The notes: a model not told the origin generated them from the letters alone. 40,740 nucleotides of DNA from Saprospiraceae bacterium (GCA_014379065.1 JACMMM010000675.1:1-40740); one strand, 5' to 3'. Counted from the first letter of the stretch, positions 26,111-36,499 are shown. Program-made: numbers and translations.

Positions 26111-28663
26111 ATGAAACTGAAACACCTCCTGTTTGCTTTACCCGCCAAAGTCTTGACGACGGTGGGTTTACCCGCCAAAGTCTTGATGACGTCTGGTTTA
26201 CCCGCCATAATCTTGACGACGGCGGGGCTTTTTTTGACGAACCAATTTGCTTTCGGCCAAATGGGCCCCACCAACGATTCCAACCGAAAAACCGCAAATG
26301 CTGTCCGCACCGAAAAGCCGCCCCGCTTGGACGGGGAGCTCGACGACGAATGCTGGGAAACGGCCCCTGTAATGACCGATTTTATCACCAACAGCCCTAA
26401 TTTTGGAAACCCCGCCGCTGAAAAAACTGAGGTACGCCTCGTCTATACCGATGAGGCGATTTACGTAGGCGCCTTTCTCTACCAACCCGGCAAAACCATT
26501 CGCCACGATCTCAGTGCCCGCGATGCTGAAAGCACTGCAGATGCGCTTCATGTGGCGTTCGATACTTACCTCGACCGTCAAAATGCTTTTCGATTCCAGA
26601 TTTCGGCGAGCAACGTTCAGAGCGACCTAAAAATGTCGCCCGAAAACGCGGACCCCACTTGGGATGCGGTTTGGGATTCCAAGACAAAAACCCATGCTGA
26701 CGGCTGGGTGGTCGAGTTGCGCATCCCTTTCAGTGCCATCCGTTTTGCCAAACAGCCCGAACAGCATTGGGGACTTCAAATTGCGCGACAAATCCAGTAC
26801 GTCAACGAGTTCAGCACCTGGAGTCCAGTGGATCCCAACGGCGGCGGCTCTCTGCCGCAATGGGGCGATCTGGAAGGCATCAAAGCCATTGACCCGCCCC
26901 TGCGCCTGGCTTTCTCGCCTTACTTGGCGGCCTCTCTGCAAAGAGACCCTTTGCTGAACGAAGACCCCGTCAAATACACCAACAGCCGTTCCCTAAGCGG
27001 GGGCTTGGACGTGAAATGGGGGCTTTCGGAAAGTTTTACCTTGGATGCCACTTTGGTGCCCAACTTTGGCGAAGCACAGAGCGACAACATCGTGCGAAAC
27101 CTATCTCCCTTCGAGGTACAGTACGAAGAGCGGCGACAGTTTTTTACTGAAGGAACGGAACTGTTCGGAAAGGGTGGACTGTTGTATTCGCGCCGTATTG
27201 GTGGGCGGCCACACCGATTTTTTGAGGCCATCCATGCCGTGGGCGACAGCGATGTTTTGGTTCAAAATCCTTCGCAGTCACAGCTTTACAATGCGACAAA
27301 GCTTTCCGGCAGGACAAAATCCAAGCTTGGCATTGGCATTTTGAACGCCGTGTCAGCACCATGCAACGCCATCATTCGGAACGAGTTGACGGGCGAGGAA
27401 CGCAAATACCAGACCTCAGAATTGACAAATTACAATGTGATAGTGCTCGATCAGGCTTTGCCCCATAATTCCGCCCTGAGTTTTACCAATACGAGCGTAA
27501 TGCGCGAAGGCGTGGCACGCGACGCCAATGTGTCGGCCATTGCATTTAACCTTCGTGACCAAGGAAATCGCTACGAAGTTTTTGGCAACGGCCTGTTCAG
27601 TGCGGTGTTTAACCCAGCACACGTCACCGCCGAAAAGCCCAGCACGGGATTTGGCTACAACATCGGTGCGCGCAAGGTTAGCGGAGCATGGACAGGGCAA
27701 TTGGCACATTGGGCTGTCAACGACACTTATGACCCTAGCGATCTCGGCTACATCGGCAGAGACAATTTTTATCGGTGGCTGGGTGTGATAAACCATTGCA
27801 ACTATACGCAGCGGGGCAACATCGCTTCTACGTTTTTCTTTATCAACGCCACCAACACTTGGCTTTATGCCCCGCGCCAGTGGGAATCGCTCGAAATCGA
27901 AGGGTTTTATGAATTAGTGAACTCCAAGCGGCAGTCGTTTTCCCTCTACATGACTACAAAACCTATCTGGTTCTATGATTATTTTGAACCGCGAGTCTGG
28001 GGCAAAAAATACTTCCATGCGCCTTATATCTTTTTTGCGCCTAGTTTTAGCACCAATTCTTCCAAGCGGCTTTTTGCAAGCTTCGAGCTGTTTTATGGAG
28101 AAAGTCCCATCCCTAACGACCCCTATATTGGCGTTGAGGTAGAACCGACTTGGGTAGTGAACGACCACCTGCGCCTATCGCTCGACCTTAACCTCACAAA
28201 AGACCACTCCAATTTTGGTGCGGTTAACTCGGATAACCCTGCCGACATCATCTTTGGCCGCCGCAATATCACGACATTCGACAATGCCTTTGCCGTGGAA
28301 TACCTCTTCGGCCCGCGCATGAACATCACGGCCCGCGCCCGTCACTACTGGGCCAATCTTTACTACCACCAATACTTACACCTCAACGATGATGGCACGT
28401 TCAACCCCAGCGATTGGCAAGGCTCGGCAGATGAGAATTTCAACCAATTCAATGTGGATTTTGTGTACACCTGGCAGTTTGCACCAGGTAGTTTCCTCAA
28501 TTTGATTTGGAAAGAATCGGCTTTTGCAGGAGACTATGATCGCGGCGGCACGTTTAGTAGGAATCTGGACAAAACCTTCCATGCTCCACAGAACAACTCG
28601 CTGACGCTCAAACTGATTTATTGGCTGGATGCGGGGAAATGGGGGGCACGGAAGAAGAAGTAG
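26111..28663 (+). CDS. DUF5916 outer membrane protein with N-terminal CBM9-like domain
   Basis: P-x-LDG-x-LDD-x-x-W, GWVVELRIPFS, PNFG, EERRQFFTEG and YSRRIG motifs; barrel-type C-terminus. Confidence 0.85.
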   Translation: MKLKHLLFALPAKVLTTVGLPAKVLMTSGLPAIILTTAGLFLTNQFAFGQMGPTNDSNRKTANAVRTEKPPRLDGELDDECWETAPVMTDFITNSPNFGNPAAEKTEVRLVYTDEAIYVGAFLYQPGKTIRHDLSARDAESTADALHVAFDTYLDRQNAFRFQISASNVQSDLKMSPENADPTWDAVWDSKTKTHADGWVVELRIPFSAIRFAKQPEQHWGLQIARQIQYVNEFSTWSPVDPNGGGSLPQWGDLEGIKAIDPPLRLAFSPYLAASLQRDPLLNEDPVKYTNSRSLSGGLDVKWGLSESFTLDATLVPNFGEAQSDNIVRNLSPFEVQYEERRQFFTEGTELFGKGGLLYSRRIGGRPHRFFEAIHAVGDSDVLVQNPSQSQLYNATKLSGRTKSKLGIGILNAVSAPCNAIIRNELTGEERKYQTSELTNYNVIVLDQALPHNSALSFTNTSVMREGVARDANVSAIAFNLRDQGNRYEVFGNGLFSAVFNPAHVTAEKPSTGFGYNIGARKVSGAWTGQLAHWAVNDTYDPSDLGYIGRDNFYRWLGVINHCNYTQRGNIASTFFFINATNTWLYAPRQWESLEIEGFYELVNSKRQSFSLYMTTKPIWFYDYFEPRVWGKKYFHAPYIFFAPSFSTNSSKRLFASFELFYGESPIPNDPYIGVEVEPTWVVNDHLRLSLDLNLTKDHSNFGAVNSDNPADIIFGRRNITTFDNAFAVEYLFGPRMNITARARHYWANLYYHQYLHLNDDGTFNPSDWQGSADENFNQFNVDFVYTWQFAPGSFLNLIWKESAFAGDYDRGGTFSRNLDKTFHAPQNNSLTLKLIYWLDAGKWGARKKK
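26137..26226 (+). repeat. Three tandem 30-bp REP-like hairpins inside the signal-peptide coding region
   Basis: TTTACCCGCCAAAGTCTTGACGACGGTGGG variants at 26137, 26167 and 26197, in frame (LPAKVLTTVG). Confidence 0.88.
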
Positions 28664-28666
28664 TCC

Positions 28667-29848
28667 TTGCCGTACCTTGTGGCTTCATCTGCTGCTACGA
28701 CTTTGACCATCGCATTCGACGCAAAACGCTATTTCAACAACGCCACTGGCCTCGGCTTTTATAGCCGAACGTTGCTGGAGGGTCTGCGCCGTTTTTACCC
28801 GGAACACCAATACTTGCTCTATACGCCTTACAACCGAGGGCAATGGGCAAAGCCTGAGGACGATATGAAATTGCCCGATTCCTGGATGGGGAGAACCTTT
28901 CACCCGCTGTGGCGCAGCCGGGGCATTACAGCCCAATTACAGCGCGATGGTGTGAAGGTATTTCACGGACTGAGCCACGAACTCCCTACAGGCCTACGCC
29001 GGGCGGGTATTCGCAGCTTGGTGACGATGCACGACCTGATTTTCATGCGCTACCCGGACTTGTACCCAACCATTGACCGTTTTTTTTATGAAAAAAAATA
29101 CCGTCGCGCAGCGGAAGAGGCCGATAAAGTGGTGGCTATCAGTGAACAAACACGGTCTGATTTGGAGCAGTTTTTCGATATCCCGGCACAAAACGTGCAA
29201 GTCATCGGTCAATCCTGCGATGCCGTATTTGAACGACTAAGCCTCCGTGAGCGGCCAGATCGTTTGGCCTTGCCGCTACCCAATGGCTTGGATATTCCGG
29301 CTTCCGATTACATCATTTCAGTGGGAAGCCTCACGCCCCGAAAAAATTGGCATAGGTTGCTCGACGCGCTTTTTTTGCTCAAAAATCAGGGGCAAGAGCT
29401 GCCGCTTGTCGCGATAGGCGCGGGCAATAGCGCCTATTCTAAAGGTCTTCGCACACAAGCCGAACAGCTCGGCGTTCAAGTATATTGGCTCGATCAATTT
29501 GTGACGACGGAGGAACTAGCGCGGCTATACCGACGGGCAGCAGCACTCGTGTATCCTTCCGTATTTGAAGGTTTTGGTATCCCCATTCTGGAAGCCATGA
29601 CGGTGGGGATTCCTGTGGTGACAACGCGCGGCGGCTGCTTCGAGGAGGTAGGTGGCCCGGCGGCTTTATACGCCGACACGAATAATGCGGAGAATTTGGC
29701 GCATCAGATTTCTGCGGTTTTGGACAACAGTGTTCGCACTGAATTGATTTCAAAAATGCGGGCGCAAATTGAGCAATTTTCTCCTGAAAGGATATGCGCT
29801 GCGTGGATGGAGGTGTATAGCGGTCAGGTGACTTTGAGGCGTCTGTAA
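28667..29848 (+). CDS. Glycosyltransferase family 4 (GT-B)
   Basis: IAFDAKR, VTMHDLIF, PRKN and YPSVFEGFGIPILEAM motifs; exact start uncertain (28667, 28679 or 28703). Confidence 0.93.
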   Translation: MPYLVASSAATTLTIAFDAKRYFNNATGLGFYSRTLLEGLRRFYPEHQYLLYTPYNRGQWAKPEDDMKLPDSWMGRTFHPLWRSRGITAQLQRDGVKVFHGLSHELPTGLRRAGIRSLVTMHDLIFMRYPDLYPTIDRFFYEKKYRRAAEEADKVVAISEQTRSDLEQFFDIPAQNVQVIGQSCDAVFERLSLRERPDRLALPLPNGLDIPASDYIISVGSLTPRKNWHRLLDALFLLKNQGQELPLVAIGAGNSAYSKGLRTQAEQLGVQVYWLDQFVTTEELARLYRRAAALVYPSVFEGFGIPILEAMTVGIPVVTTRGGCFEEVGGPAALYADTNNAENLAHQISAVLDNSVRTELISKMRAQIEQFSPERICAAWMEVYSGQVTLRRL

Positions 29849-29870
29849 CGGGTAAACCTTGATAAGCCGC

Positions 29871-30947
29871 TCAGCTCTGTTTCTTTTTCGCCAATTCGCG
29901 GCGCACATACTCAACGAATTCTTCGGTCACGCCCACGAACTCGACCACCTCAGCATCACTCCAATCTGGAAATTTTTGGATGGTTTTGATGGTAATGGCA
30001 TGAGTCGTTTTTTCCATACCCTTTTCCATACCCTTTTCCATACCCTTTTCCATACCCTTTTCCATACCCTTTTCCATACCCTTTTCCATACCCTTTTCCA
30101 TACCCTTTTCCATGCCTTCTTCGTATCCTTTCCGAAGACCTTCTTCTTTCCATTTTCTCCCAAATATTTCAGGGATGGCGTCAATCCAGTCGCGCTCCGC
30201 TTTGGGCAATTGCATGTTTAGTTCTTTAACTTGAGCCTCTGTCATGTTGTAAAAATTGAAGACGTAAAGCGTTAGGGTTTCAAGTAGGATGCCTTCACGG
30301 TCATTCCGATAGAATGGCTTGCCAAAAGTAAGGATGTTTGGCCAGTTTTTCAGGGCGAATCTTTCGTTACGAGCAAATTTTAGCGCTAGAAACAGGTTTT
30401 TCAGGTATTCGGTGTCCACTTTTTCCTCAATTTCTTCGGGCGGTATCCTACTCAAGTCTGTGAGCAAGTAATGGAAGTTAGGAATAAATGCCTCCCAGTC
30501 TTTCGGCAAACCCAGGAAATAGCTGGAAAACGCCTTCTGTTTCCACGCATGCGCTCCGTGATACACGACAATCGGAATGATAAAAGAGAGCGGGCGCTCG
30601 TTTTTTAGGTCATCCTCCCAGATTTGTAACAAGTAGTCGAGTAGCTGCAAGTGTACTGGAAGGGAAGGTATATAACTTTTATGCTCAAAAAGGAAGAGCA
30701 GCCGAGCTGGAGCGCCACTTGTTAAACGGGTTTCATACAGCACGTCGCTGAAGGAAATCCCGAAGCGGCCACTGACAAAGGCAGTATCAATTTTCTGGAA
30801 AACAGCGAAATCTATACGCTGGTGTATGACCTCGGGGGTGTAATGAAGCAGGTAGTTCCTTGCAATTTTGGCATCGCTGAAAAAGGCCTTGAACACCGCA
30901 TCGTGGGATTCATGGTCTTTTCTGCCGGGATGTTTTCTATTAGGCAT
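29871..30947 (-). CDS. Rpn family recombination-promoting nuclease / YhgA-like putative transposase (PD-(D/E)XK)
   Basis: HDAVFK, SDVLY, LFEHKS and IIPIVVYHG motifs; C-terminal G-x-E-x-G repeats. Confidence 0.92.
   Translation of the reverse strand: MPNRKHPGRKDHESHDAVFKAFFSDAKIARNYLLHYTPEVIHQRIDFAVFQKIDTAFVSGRFGISFSDVLYETRLTSGAPARLLFLFEHKSYIPSLPVHLQLLDYLLQIWEDDLKNERPLSFIIPIVVYHGAHAWKQKAFSSYFLGLPKDWEAFIPNFHYLLTDLSRIPPEEIEEKVDTEYLKNLFLALKFARNERFALKNWPNILTFGKPFYRNDREGILLETLTLYVFNFYNMTEAQVKELNMQLPKAERDWIDAIPEIFGRKWKEEGLRKGYEEGMEKGMEKGMEKGMEKGMEKGMEKGMEKGMEKGMEKTTHAITIKTIQKFPDWSDAEVVEFVGVTEEFVEYVRRELAKKKQS
30009..30116 (-). repeat. 12-bp VNTR x9 encoding (GMEK)9
   Basis: CTTTTCCATACC tandem units counted by hand. 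Confidence 0.95.
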
Positions 30948-31020
30948 GGGCGCGGCTGATTAAGGCAGCGAAGATAAAGTGTTTTTTATTTTAAAACAAA
31001 ATGTTTTTAAAAAAAAACGC

Positions 31021-31055
31021 AAGCGGTGATCCCGAACGCTCGGAATCACCGCTTT
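31021..31055 (-). terminator. Terminator after the SPFH gene
   Basis: AAGCGGTGAT...ATCACCGCTT stem with a T-tract nearby on the minus strand. Confidence 0.75.
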
Positions 31056-31095
31056 GCTAAATCTTATGATCGTTCCAATGGAGCGATCAATGGCA

Positions 31096-32025
31096 TTAAC
31101 CCTTCTGCTGCGCAGAAAAATCCATCCGGTTGAGTGCCATCAATTCCTTCATGGTTTTCTGCATCCCGTCTACGGATCCATCAAGGAAGATGATGTTGCC
31201 CTTGCCGTGCTCGGTGAAGTTCTTGATTGCCTCTGTCCACATTGAGAACAAGATAACGGAGGTATCGAGGTTGGCAGTTTGCATTTCTTTGGCCGCATGG
31301 CTCATACCGCGTGCCACTTCTTCACGGAAAAGGGCAACGGCTTGGCCACGCATTCTGGCGGCTTCGCGCTCGGCTTCGGCGGAGATTTTGATGGCGTTAC
31401 CTTCGGCTTCAGCGGCTTTGGTTTTGGTAATCAAGAGTGCTTGGCCTTCGTTTTCAGCAGCAGCTTTGAGGTTGTTGGCTGCCACGATTTTCGACATGGA
31501 ACGCATCACTTCTTCGTCGAAAGTGATGTCGTTTATCTGCAAATCAATGAGGTGGAAGCCCCAATCTTCGAGCATGTGGTCAATGTTGACCTTTACGGCA
31601 TCGGTGATTTCACGGCGCAACAAGAGCACTTCCTGCTGTTTTTTGGTCGCCACAAAAGAGCGGATGCTGCCTTCCACAGTGCGCGTCAGGCTGGCCATGA
31701 AATCGCGGTCGCCCACAAACCTGAAGGCTACTTTTTTCACGGTTTCTTCCGCATTGTCCATCACGGAGAATAGGAGCAGCGAGGTGAAATGAACGTTGGC
31801 CTGGTCAACCGTGACGGCTTGGAAATTAAGTTCCACAGCGCGGTTTTGTACCGAGATGCGCTTGAAAATCTGCTCAATAAATGGAATCCTAAAACTTAGG
31901 CCGGGATAAAGCGTGCGGTTGTATTTGCCAAAAATAGTCGTGATGGCTACTGTGCCTTGCTGCACGGTCACGAGGCTCAAAAAAATGAGTACAATGGCAA
32001 TTGGAATGTAATACATGGTGGGCAT
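31096..32025 (-). CDS. SPFH (band 7/stomatin-like) domain protein
   Basis: N-terminal TM, FGKY-x-x-x-L-x-PGL-x-F-x-IP motif, AEAE coiled coil. Confidence 0.92.
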   Translation of the reverse strand: MPTMYYIPIAIVLIFLSLVTVQQGTVAITTIFGKYNRTLYPGLSFRIPFIEQIFKRISVQNRAVELNFQAVTVDQANVHFTSLLLFSVMDNAEETVKKVAFRFVGDRDFMASLTRTVEGSIRSFVATKKQQEVLLLRREITDAVKVNIDHMLEDWGFHLIDLQINDITFDEEVMRSMSKIVAANNLKAAAENEGQALLITKTKAAEAEGNAIKISAEAEREAARMRGQAVALFREEVARGMSHAAKEMQTANLDTSVILFSMWTEAIKNFTEHGKGNIIFLDGSVDGMQKTMKELMALNRMDFSAQQKG

Positions 32026-32261
32026 AATAGTGGGTTTTAAAGTTTGATTTTGAGCAACAAAGGTGAAGGTTCAAAGAATGCCTCGCTTTGATTCTCCGAC
32101 CAATCGCTGTTTTTACCGGCGTGAAAATCGGAAAAAATTCGGCGATGAGGGCAAATAAATAGTCATTCGTCATTAATCGGCATTGGTCATTGAGGCAATT
32201 GCCTGGCTTTCAATCTTTTCTGAGGGTGACAAAATACCTTTGTTATAAAATTCTATATCCG

Positions 32262-33905
32262 ATGACTGCTGCCAAAACGCTCGTTTGTTTCACCCTATTC
32301 TTTTTCGCTCATTTGACCAATGCTCAATCGCTGACGTTTACCAAAGACGACACTTTGCGCGGCAGTATCACGCCACAGCGGGCCTGGTGGGACTTGACTT
32401 TTTATCATTTGAAGGTCAAGGTAAATCCTGCTGATAAAAGCATTTCAGGAAGCAATGAAATCCAATATACGGTGCTGTATCCCGGCAATGTTTTACAAAT
32501 TGACCTACAACCCCCGCTCCATCTCGAACGGGCAGAACAAGATGGCCAAATCCTTGAGGCTACCCAGCAAGGCAGAAATGCCTATTTTATAGCACTTAAA
32601 AAAGAACAGCCCAAGGGTTCGCGACAGAGCCTCACAGTATGGTATTCGGGCATTCCCCAAGCGGCGCGAAATGCGCCTTGGGACGGCGGGTTTAGTTGGG
32701 AAGTGGAGGATGCCGGACAGCCCTTCATTGCCACCTCTTGCCAAGGCTTGGGCGCAAGTGTTTGGTGGCCTTGCAAAGATCATGCTTACGACGAGCCTGA
32801 TTCTCAAGCAATTTCCGTCACAGTGCCCAATGATTTGACGGATGTGTCAAATGGAAGGCTGCGCCGAGTGACGAACAATGGCGATGGGACCCATACCTTC
32901 GACTGGTTTGTGGCGAACCCAATCAACAACTATGGCGTGAATGTCAATATCGCCCGATACGCCCATATTGCGGACACTTTTCAAGGCGAAAAGGGCTTGC
33001 TTTCACTCGATTATTACGTTTTGCCCCAAAACCTTGAAAAGGCAAAGCTGCAATTTCAGCAGGTGAAGTTGATGCTTACAGCATTTGAACACTGGTTTGG
33101 CCCCTATCCTTTTTATGAAGACGGATACAAATTGGTCCAGGTGCCGTATTTGGGCATGGAACACCAAAGTTCGGTGACTTATGGCAACCGTTTTATGAAC
33201 GGCTACCTCGGCAGGGATTTGTCGGGCACGGGCTGGGGGATGAAATGGGATTACATTATCGTGCATGAATCCGGCCATGAGTGGTTTGCCAACAACATCA
33301 CTTATCGCGACATAGCAGATATGTGGATTCACGAGGGCTTTACCAATTACAGCGAGGCACTTTATACCGAATACTACTTTGGCAAGCAGGCCGGAACGGA
33401 TTATATTAAGGGGTTGAGAGGGATTATAAGAAATACAAGCCCCATCGTCGGTACCCATGGGGTCAATTCAGAAGGTTCGCCCGATATGTATCCCAAGGGC
33501 GCGAACCTGCTGCACACCATCCGTCAAATCGTGGATGACGATGAAAAATGGCGCTCCATACTGCGTGGGCTGAACCGAGATTTTTACCACCAAACGGTGT
33601 ACGGCACACAAGTGGAAGACTATATCACCCAACATTCAGGCAAAAAACTTCAAAAGGTTTTTGATCAATACCTGCGCAATTCCAGCATCCCGATTTTGGA
33701 ATACACCATCAAAAAAGGAAGGTTGAAGTACCATTGGGTAAATTGCATAGATGGTTTTGATATGCCCGTCAAAGTGACCTTATCGCCGGGGAAAAATGAG
33801 TTTATATACCCTACTACTAAATGGAAGAGCAGTCGTTGTAAGTTGCCGAATAAGGACGACTTTCAGGTGGAGGAGAGCTTTTATGTGGTGGCGAGGAGGC
33901 TATAA
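32262..33905 (+). CDS. Secreted M1 family metallopeptidase
   Basis: GMEHQ, HESGHEWF...WIHEGF and YPKG motifs; TACCTTTG promoter at 32235-32242 supports ATG 32262. Confidence 0.93.
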   Translation: MTAAKTLVCFTLFFFAHLTNAQSLTFTKDDTLRGSITPQRAWWDLTFYHLKVKVNPADKSISGSNEIQYTVLYPGNVLQIDLQPPLHLERAEQDGQILEATQQGRNAYFIALKKEQPKGSRQSLTVWYSGIPQAARNAPWDGGFSWEVEDAGQPFIATSCQGLGASVWWPCKDHAYDEPDSQAISVTVPNDLTDVSNGRLRRVTNNGDGTHTFDWFVANPINNYGVNVNIARYAHIADTFQGEKGLLSLDYYVLPQNLEKAKLQFQQVKLMLTAFEHWFGPYPFYEDGYKLVQVPYLGMEHQSSVTYGNRFMNGYLGRDLSGTGWGMKWDYIIVHESGHEWFANNITYRDIADMWIHEGFTNYSEALYTEYYFGKQAGTDYIKGLRGIIRNTSPIVGTHGVNSEGSPDMYPKGANLLHTIRQIVDDDEKWRSILRGLNRDFYHQTVYGTQVEDYITQHSGKKLQKVFDQYLRNSSIPILEYTIKKGRLKYHWVNCIDGFDMPVKVTLSPGKNEFIYPTTKWKSSRCKLPNKDDFQVEESFYVVARRL

Positions 33906-33967
33906 AATAAGGGACACAGGCTCGGCATGTCAAGTTACATTTGCTTCACAATCGAAAATTTTCAACC

Positions 33968-36487
33968 ATGACTATCGCAAATCATGTCTGCGCCCTTCCC
34001 TGCAATGTGAAACCTATAAGGTTTTCAAAGCCTTATAGGTTTGCGAGACAGATTTTATCGCTCGCGCTTTTATTTACCCGCCGATTTACCCGCCGAAGCC
34101 TTGGTGTAGGCGGGAGTGTAATCGGGCTTTTACTCCTCTCACTCCTCTCTCAAGCCCAAACCCTGCGCGGCACCCTCCGAGATGCCGACAACGGCGATGC
34201 GGTAACAGGTGCCACCGTTACCTTGCGCTTCAGTCTTGGTGGAGCTGTGCCCATTTCGTTAGCCAGCACCCCAACAGGTGAATTTGTTTTTGAAAAAATC
34301 CGCGCCGGATATTATTCGGTGGAAATAATGGCACAAGGGTTTGAGAACCAAACGATTGCCGAGGTAAATGTGACCGCGGGCAAAGAGCAAGTGCTCGACA
34401 TCGCGCTGCGCCGAACCACAGCACAACTGGCAGAAGTAACCATTTTGGCTGCCCAACCTGGCCGACGAGCACCACTGCCGCTTGGTGAAATCCCGCTTAC
34501 CCGCGACCAAACACAGCGTTTCCCGGCTATGTATTTCGACCCTGCGCGGCTCGCTGCTGCCTATCCCGGAGTTGCACAAGTAGATGATGGAACGAACATG
34601 CTTAGTATTCGGGGCAACAGCCCAAGCTCAGTGGGCTGGCGGCTCGAAGGTGTAGACATTGTGAACCCAAACCACCTGCCCAACGCGGGCACTTTCAGCG
34701 ACCGGCCCGCTGCTGCAAGCGGTGGCATTTTGATGTTCTCAGCACAACTGTTGGACAATTCTTCCCTGCTTTCGGGGCCTATGCCTGCTGGTTACGGGGG
34801 CGCACTGGGCGGCATCATGGATATGAATTTGCGACGTGGCAACAATCGGCAACATGAGTTTACGGCTCAAGCCGGGCTGATCGGGCTGGATTTGGCAGCG
34901 GAGGGCCCACTGTTTGGTCGAAAGTCACCCTCCTCCGGCGAGCCTTCTGCGGGTAAAACAGTTAACGGTCAACAGTCAACGGTCAACGGTCAAAAGTCTT
35001 CCTACCTCGTCAACTACCGCTACTCCACAGTGGGACTGCTGGGGCAATTGGGCGTGTCATTTGGCGATGAGCAGATCAATTTTCAGGACTTGTCATTCAG
35101 CCTCAATATGGAGGGGAAACGAGGCGGGCGTTGGTCGCTGTTCGGGCTGGCCGGATTCAGCGAAAATACGTTCAAGTACAAAAAGGACTCCACTGAAATT
35201 AAAGCGTACAAAGATTTCTTCGACATAGATTTTGAATCAAAAACGGGCGTTTTGGGGGCCTCCAATTGGTTGTCGTTTGGGAAAAATGCATGGGTAAAAA
35301 CCACGGTTGCTATTTCCCAGCAACTCACAGACCGTAGCTCCCATTCCTTTACATTTACAGATCGGTCTAGTCTCGACGATATAGAAGAGTCAAAGATCTC
35401 TGCCTCCAGCACCTATTCACAACGAATAAGTCAAAAATACCGGCTACAGGTTGGAGTTTTAGTAACCACTCAAAAATATAATGGCGTTTCCGGCATAGTC
35501 CACGCTCAGGAATGCCTTTTAGCGCAGCCCTGGACACAACTTAGTTGGCAAAGCCGCAATCAAAAAAACACCACTTCTTTGGGATTGCACACGATGATTT
35601 TTGACGTTGGAAATGACTATTATTCCAAAACAGACTTTTCTTTGGAACCCCGTTTTCTTTTTTCCCGAAAAATAGCCGAAAACCATCGGCTGTCGTTTTC
35701 AGCAGGGGGTTATTCTCAAGTTCCGTCGCCATGGCTCTTGGATTACCGTGTTAATGAATTGCTGCGCTCTGGGAAAATGGAAATGGCATATTCCTGGAAT
35801 TTTGCACCTTTCTGGCAATTCAAAACAGCCCTTTACCGTCAACGGATTAACAACGCTCCATACTTCGTTAATGAACATTTTGCACTTTTGAACGACAGCG
35901 AGTTTAACCTGGGAAATGATTTCTCTTCCTACAATACTGCTCGGGGTTTCAACCGGGGTATAGAGGCATCGGTGGAGCGGAATCTTTCAAATGGCTGGTT
36001 TATGTTGATCAACGGAAGTTTGTTTGGTTCAAAATTTTCAAAAACCAGCAGCCCTTCAGAAACTGACTGGCTATCCACGCGCTGGGATATTGGCCACATA
36101 GCCAACACTACTTTTGGGAAAGAATGGCAACGAGAAAAACGCCCCGGAAAAGAACGGACCATTGGCCTAAATGCACGGATAGTTTGGGCTGGAGGCGTAC
36201 GCGAGGCAGAAATTAATAGGGATGCTTCTGTGCTGGCAAACACGACCGTTGTGGACGAGCGCATCGGATACTCCAGACAGTATCCCGACTATTTCCGCTT
36301 GGACCTTCGCGTGTACTGGCGGAAAAATCTCGGCAACCGCCGTAACAGCACTTTTGCCCTCGACATCCAAAACCTGACTGCACAACAGAATTTAGCCTAC
36401 CATTATTACGACCCCTATACCGGACAAATTGAGAATAAATACCAACTGGGTCCGATTCCGAATTTTAGTTGGAGGGTCGAGTTCTAA
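33968..36487 (+). CDS. TonB-dependent receptor with N-terminal carboxypeptidase-regulatory-like domain
   Basis: Plug DPAR...PGV...SIRGNSP...NPNH, YFRLDLR and terminal F; TACATTTG promoter at 33936-33943. Confidence 0.9.
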   Translation: MTIANHVCALPCNVKPIRFSKPYRFARQILSLALLFTRRFTRRSLGVGGSVIGLLLLSLLSQAQTLRGTLRDADNGDAVTGATVTLRFSLGGAVPISLASTPTGEFVFEKIRAGYYSVEIMAQGFENQTIAEVNVTAGKEQVLDIALRRTTAQLAEVTILAAQPGRRAPLPLGEIPLTRDQTQRFPAMYFDPARLAAAYPGVAQVDDGTNMLSIRGNSPSSVGWRLEGVDIVNPNHLPNAGTFSDRPAAASGGILMFSAQLLDNSSLLSGPMPAGYGGALGGIMDMNLRRGNNRQHEFTAQAGLIGLDLAAEGPLFGRKSPSSGEPSAGKTVNGQQSTVNGQKSSYLVNYRYSTVGLLGQLGVSFGDEQINFQDLSFSLNMEGKRGGRWSLFGLAGFSENTFKYKKDSTEIKAYKDFFDIDFESKTGVLGASNWLSFGKNAWVKTTVAISQQLTDRSSHSFTFTDRSSLDDIEESKISASSTYSQRISQKYRLQVGVLVTTQKYNGVSGIVHAQECLLAQPWTQLSWQSRNQKNTTSLGLHTMIFDVGNDYYSKTDFSLEPRFLFSRKIAENHRLSFSAGGYSQVPSPWLLDYRVNELLRSGKMEMAYSWNFAPFWQFKTALYRQRINNAPYFVNEHFALLNDSEFNLGNDFSSYNTARGFNRGIEASVERNLSNGWFMLINGSLFGSKFSKTSSPSETDWLSTRWDIGHIANTTFGKEWQREKRPGKERTIGLNARIVWAGGVREAEINRDASVLANTTVVDERIGYSRQYPDYFRLDLRVYWRKNLGNRRNSTFALDIQNLTAQQNLAYHYYDPYTGQIENKYQLGPIPNFSWRVEF
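34073..34114 (+). repeat. REP-like hairpin in the signal-peptide coding region, same family as 26137-26226
   Basis: TTTACCCGCCGA followed by TTTACCCGCCGAAGCCTTGGTGTAGGCGGG. Confidence 0.8.
34957..34998 (+). repeat. Heptamer tandem repeat (AACGGTC/AACAGTC) inside the TBDR CDS
   Basis: AACAGTT AACGGTC AACAGTC AACGGTC AACGGTC AAAAGTC, encoding TVNGQQSTVNGQKS. Confidence 0.8.
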
Positions 36488-36499
36488 GGGCTCTGGCTC

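Noticed and set aside
29859..30221. FHTL, KRVW and GKGY repeat ORFs
   Set aside because: They are alternative frames of the GMEK VNTR.
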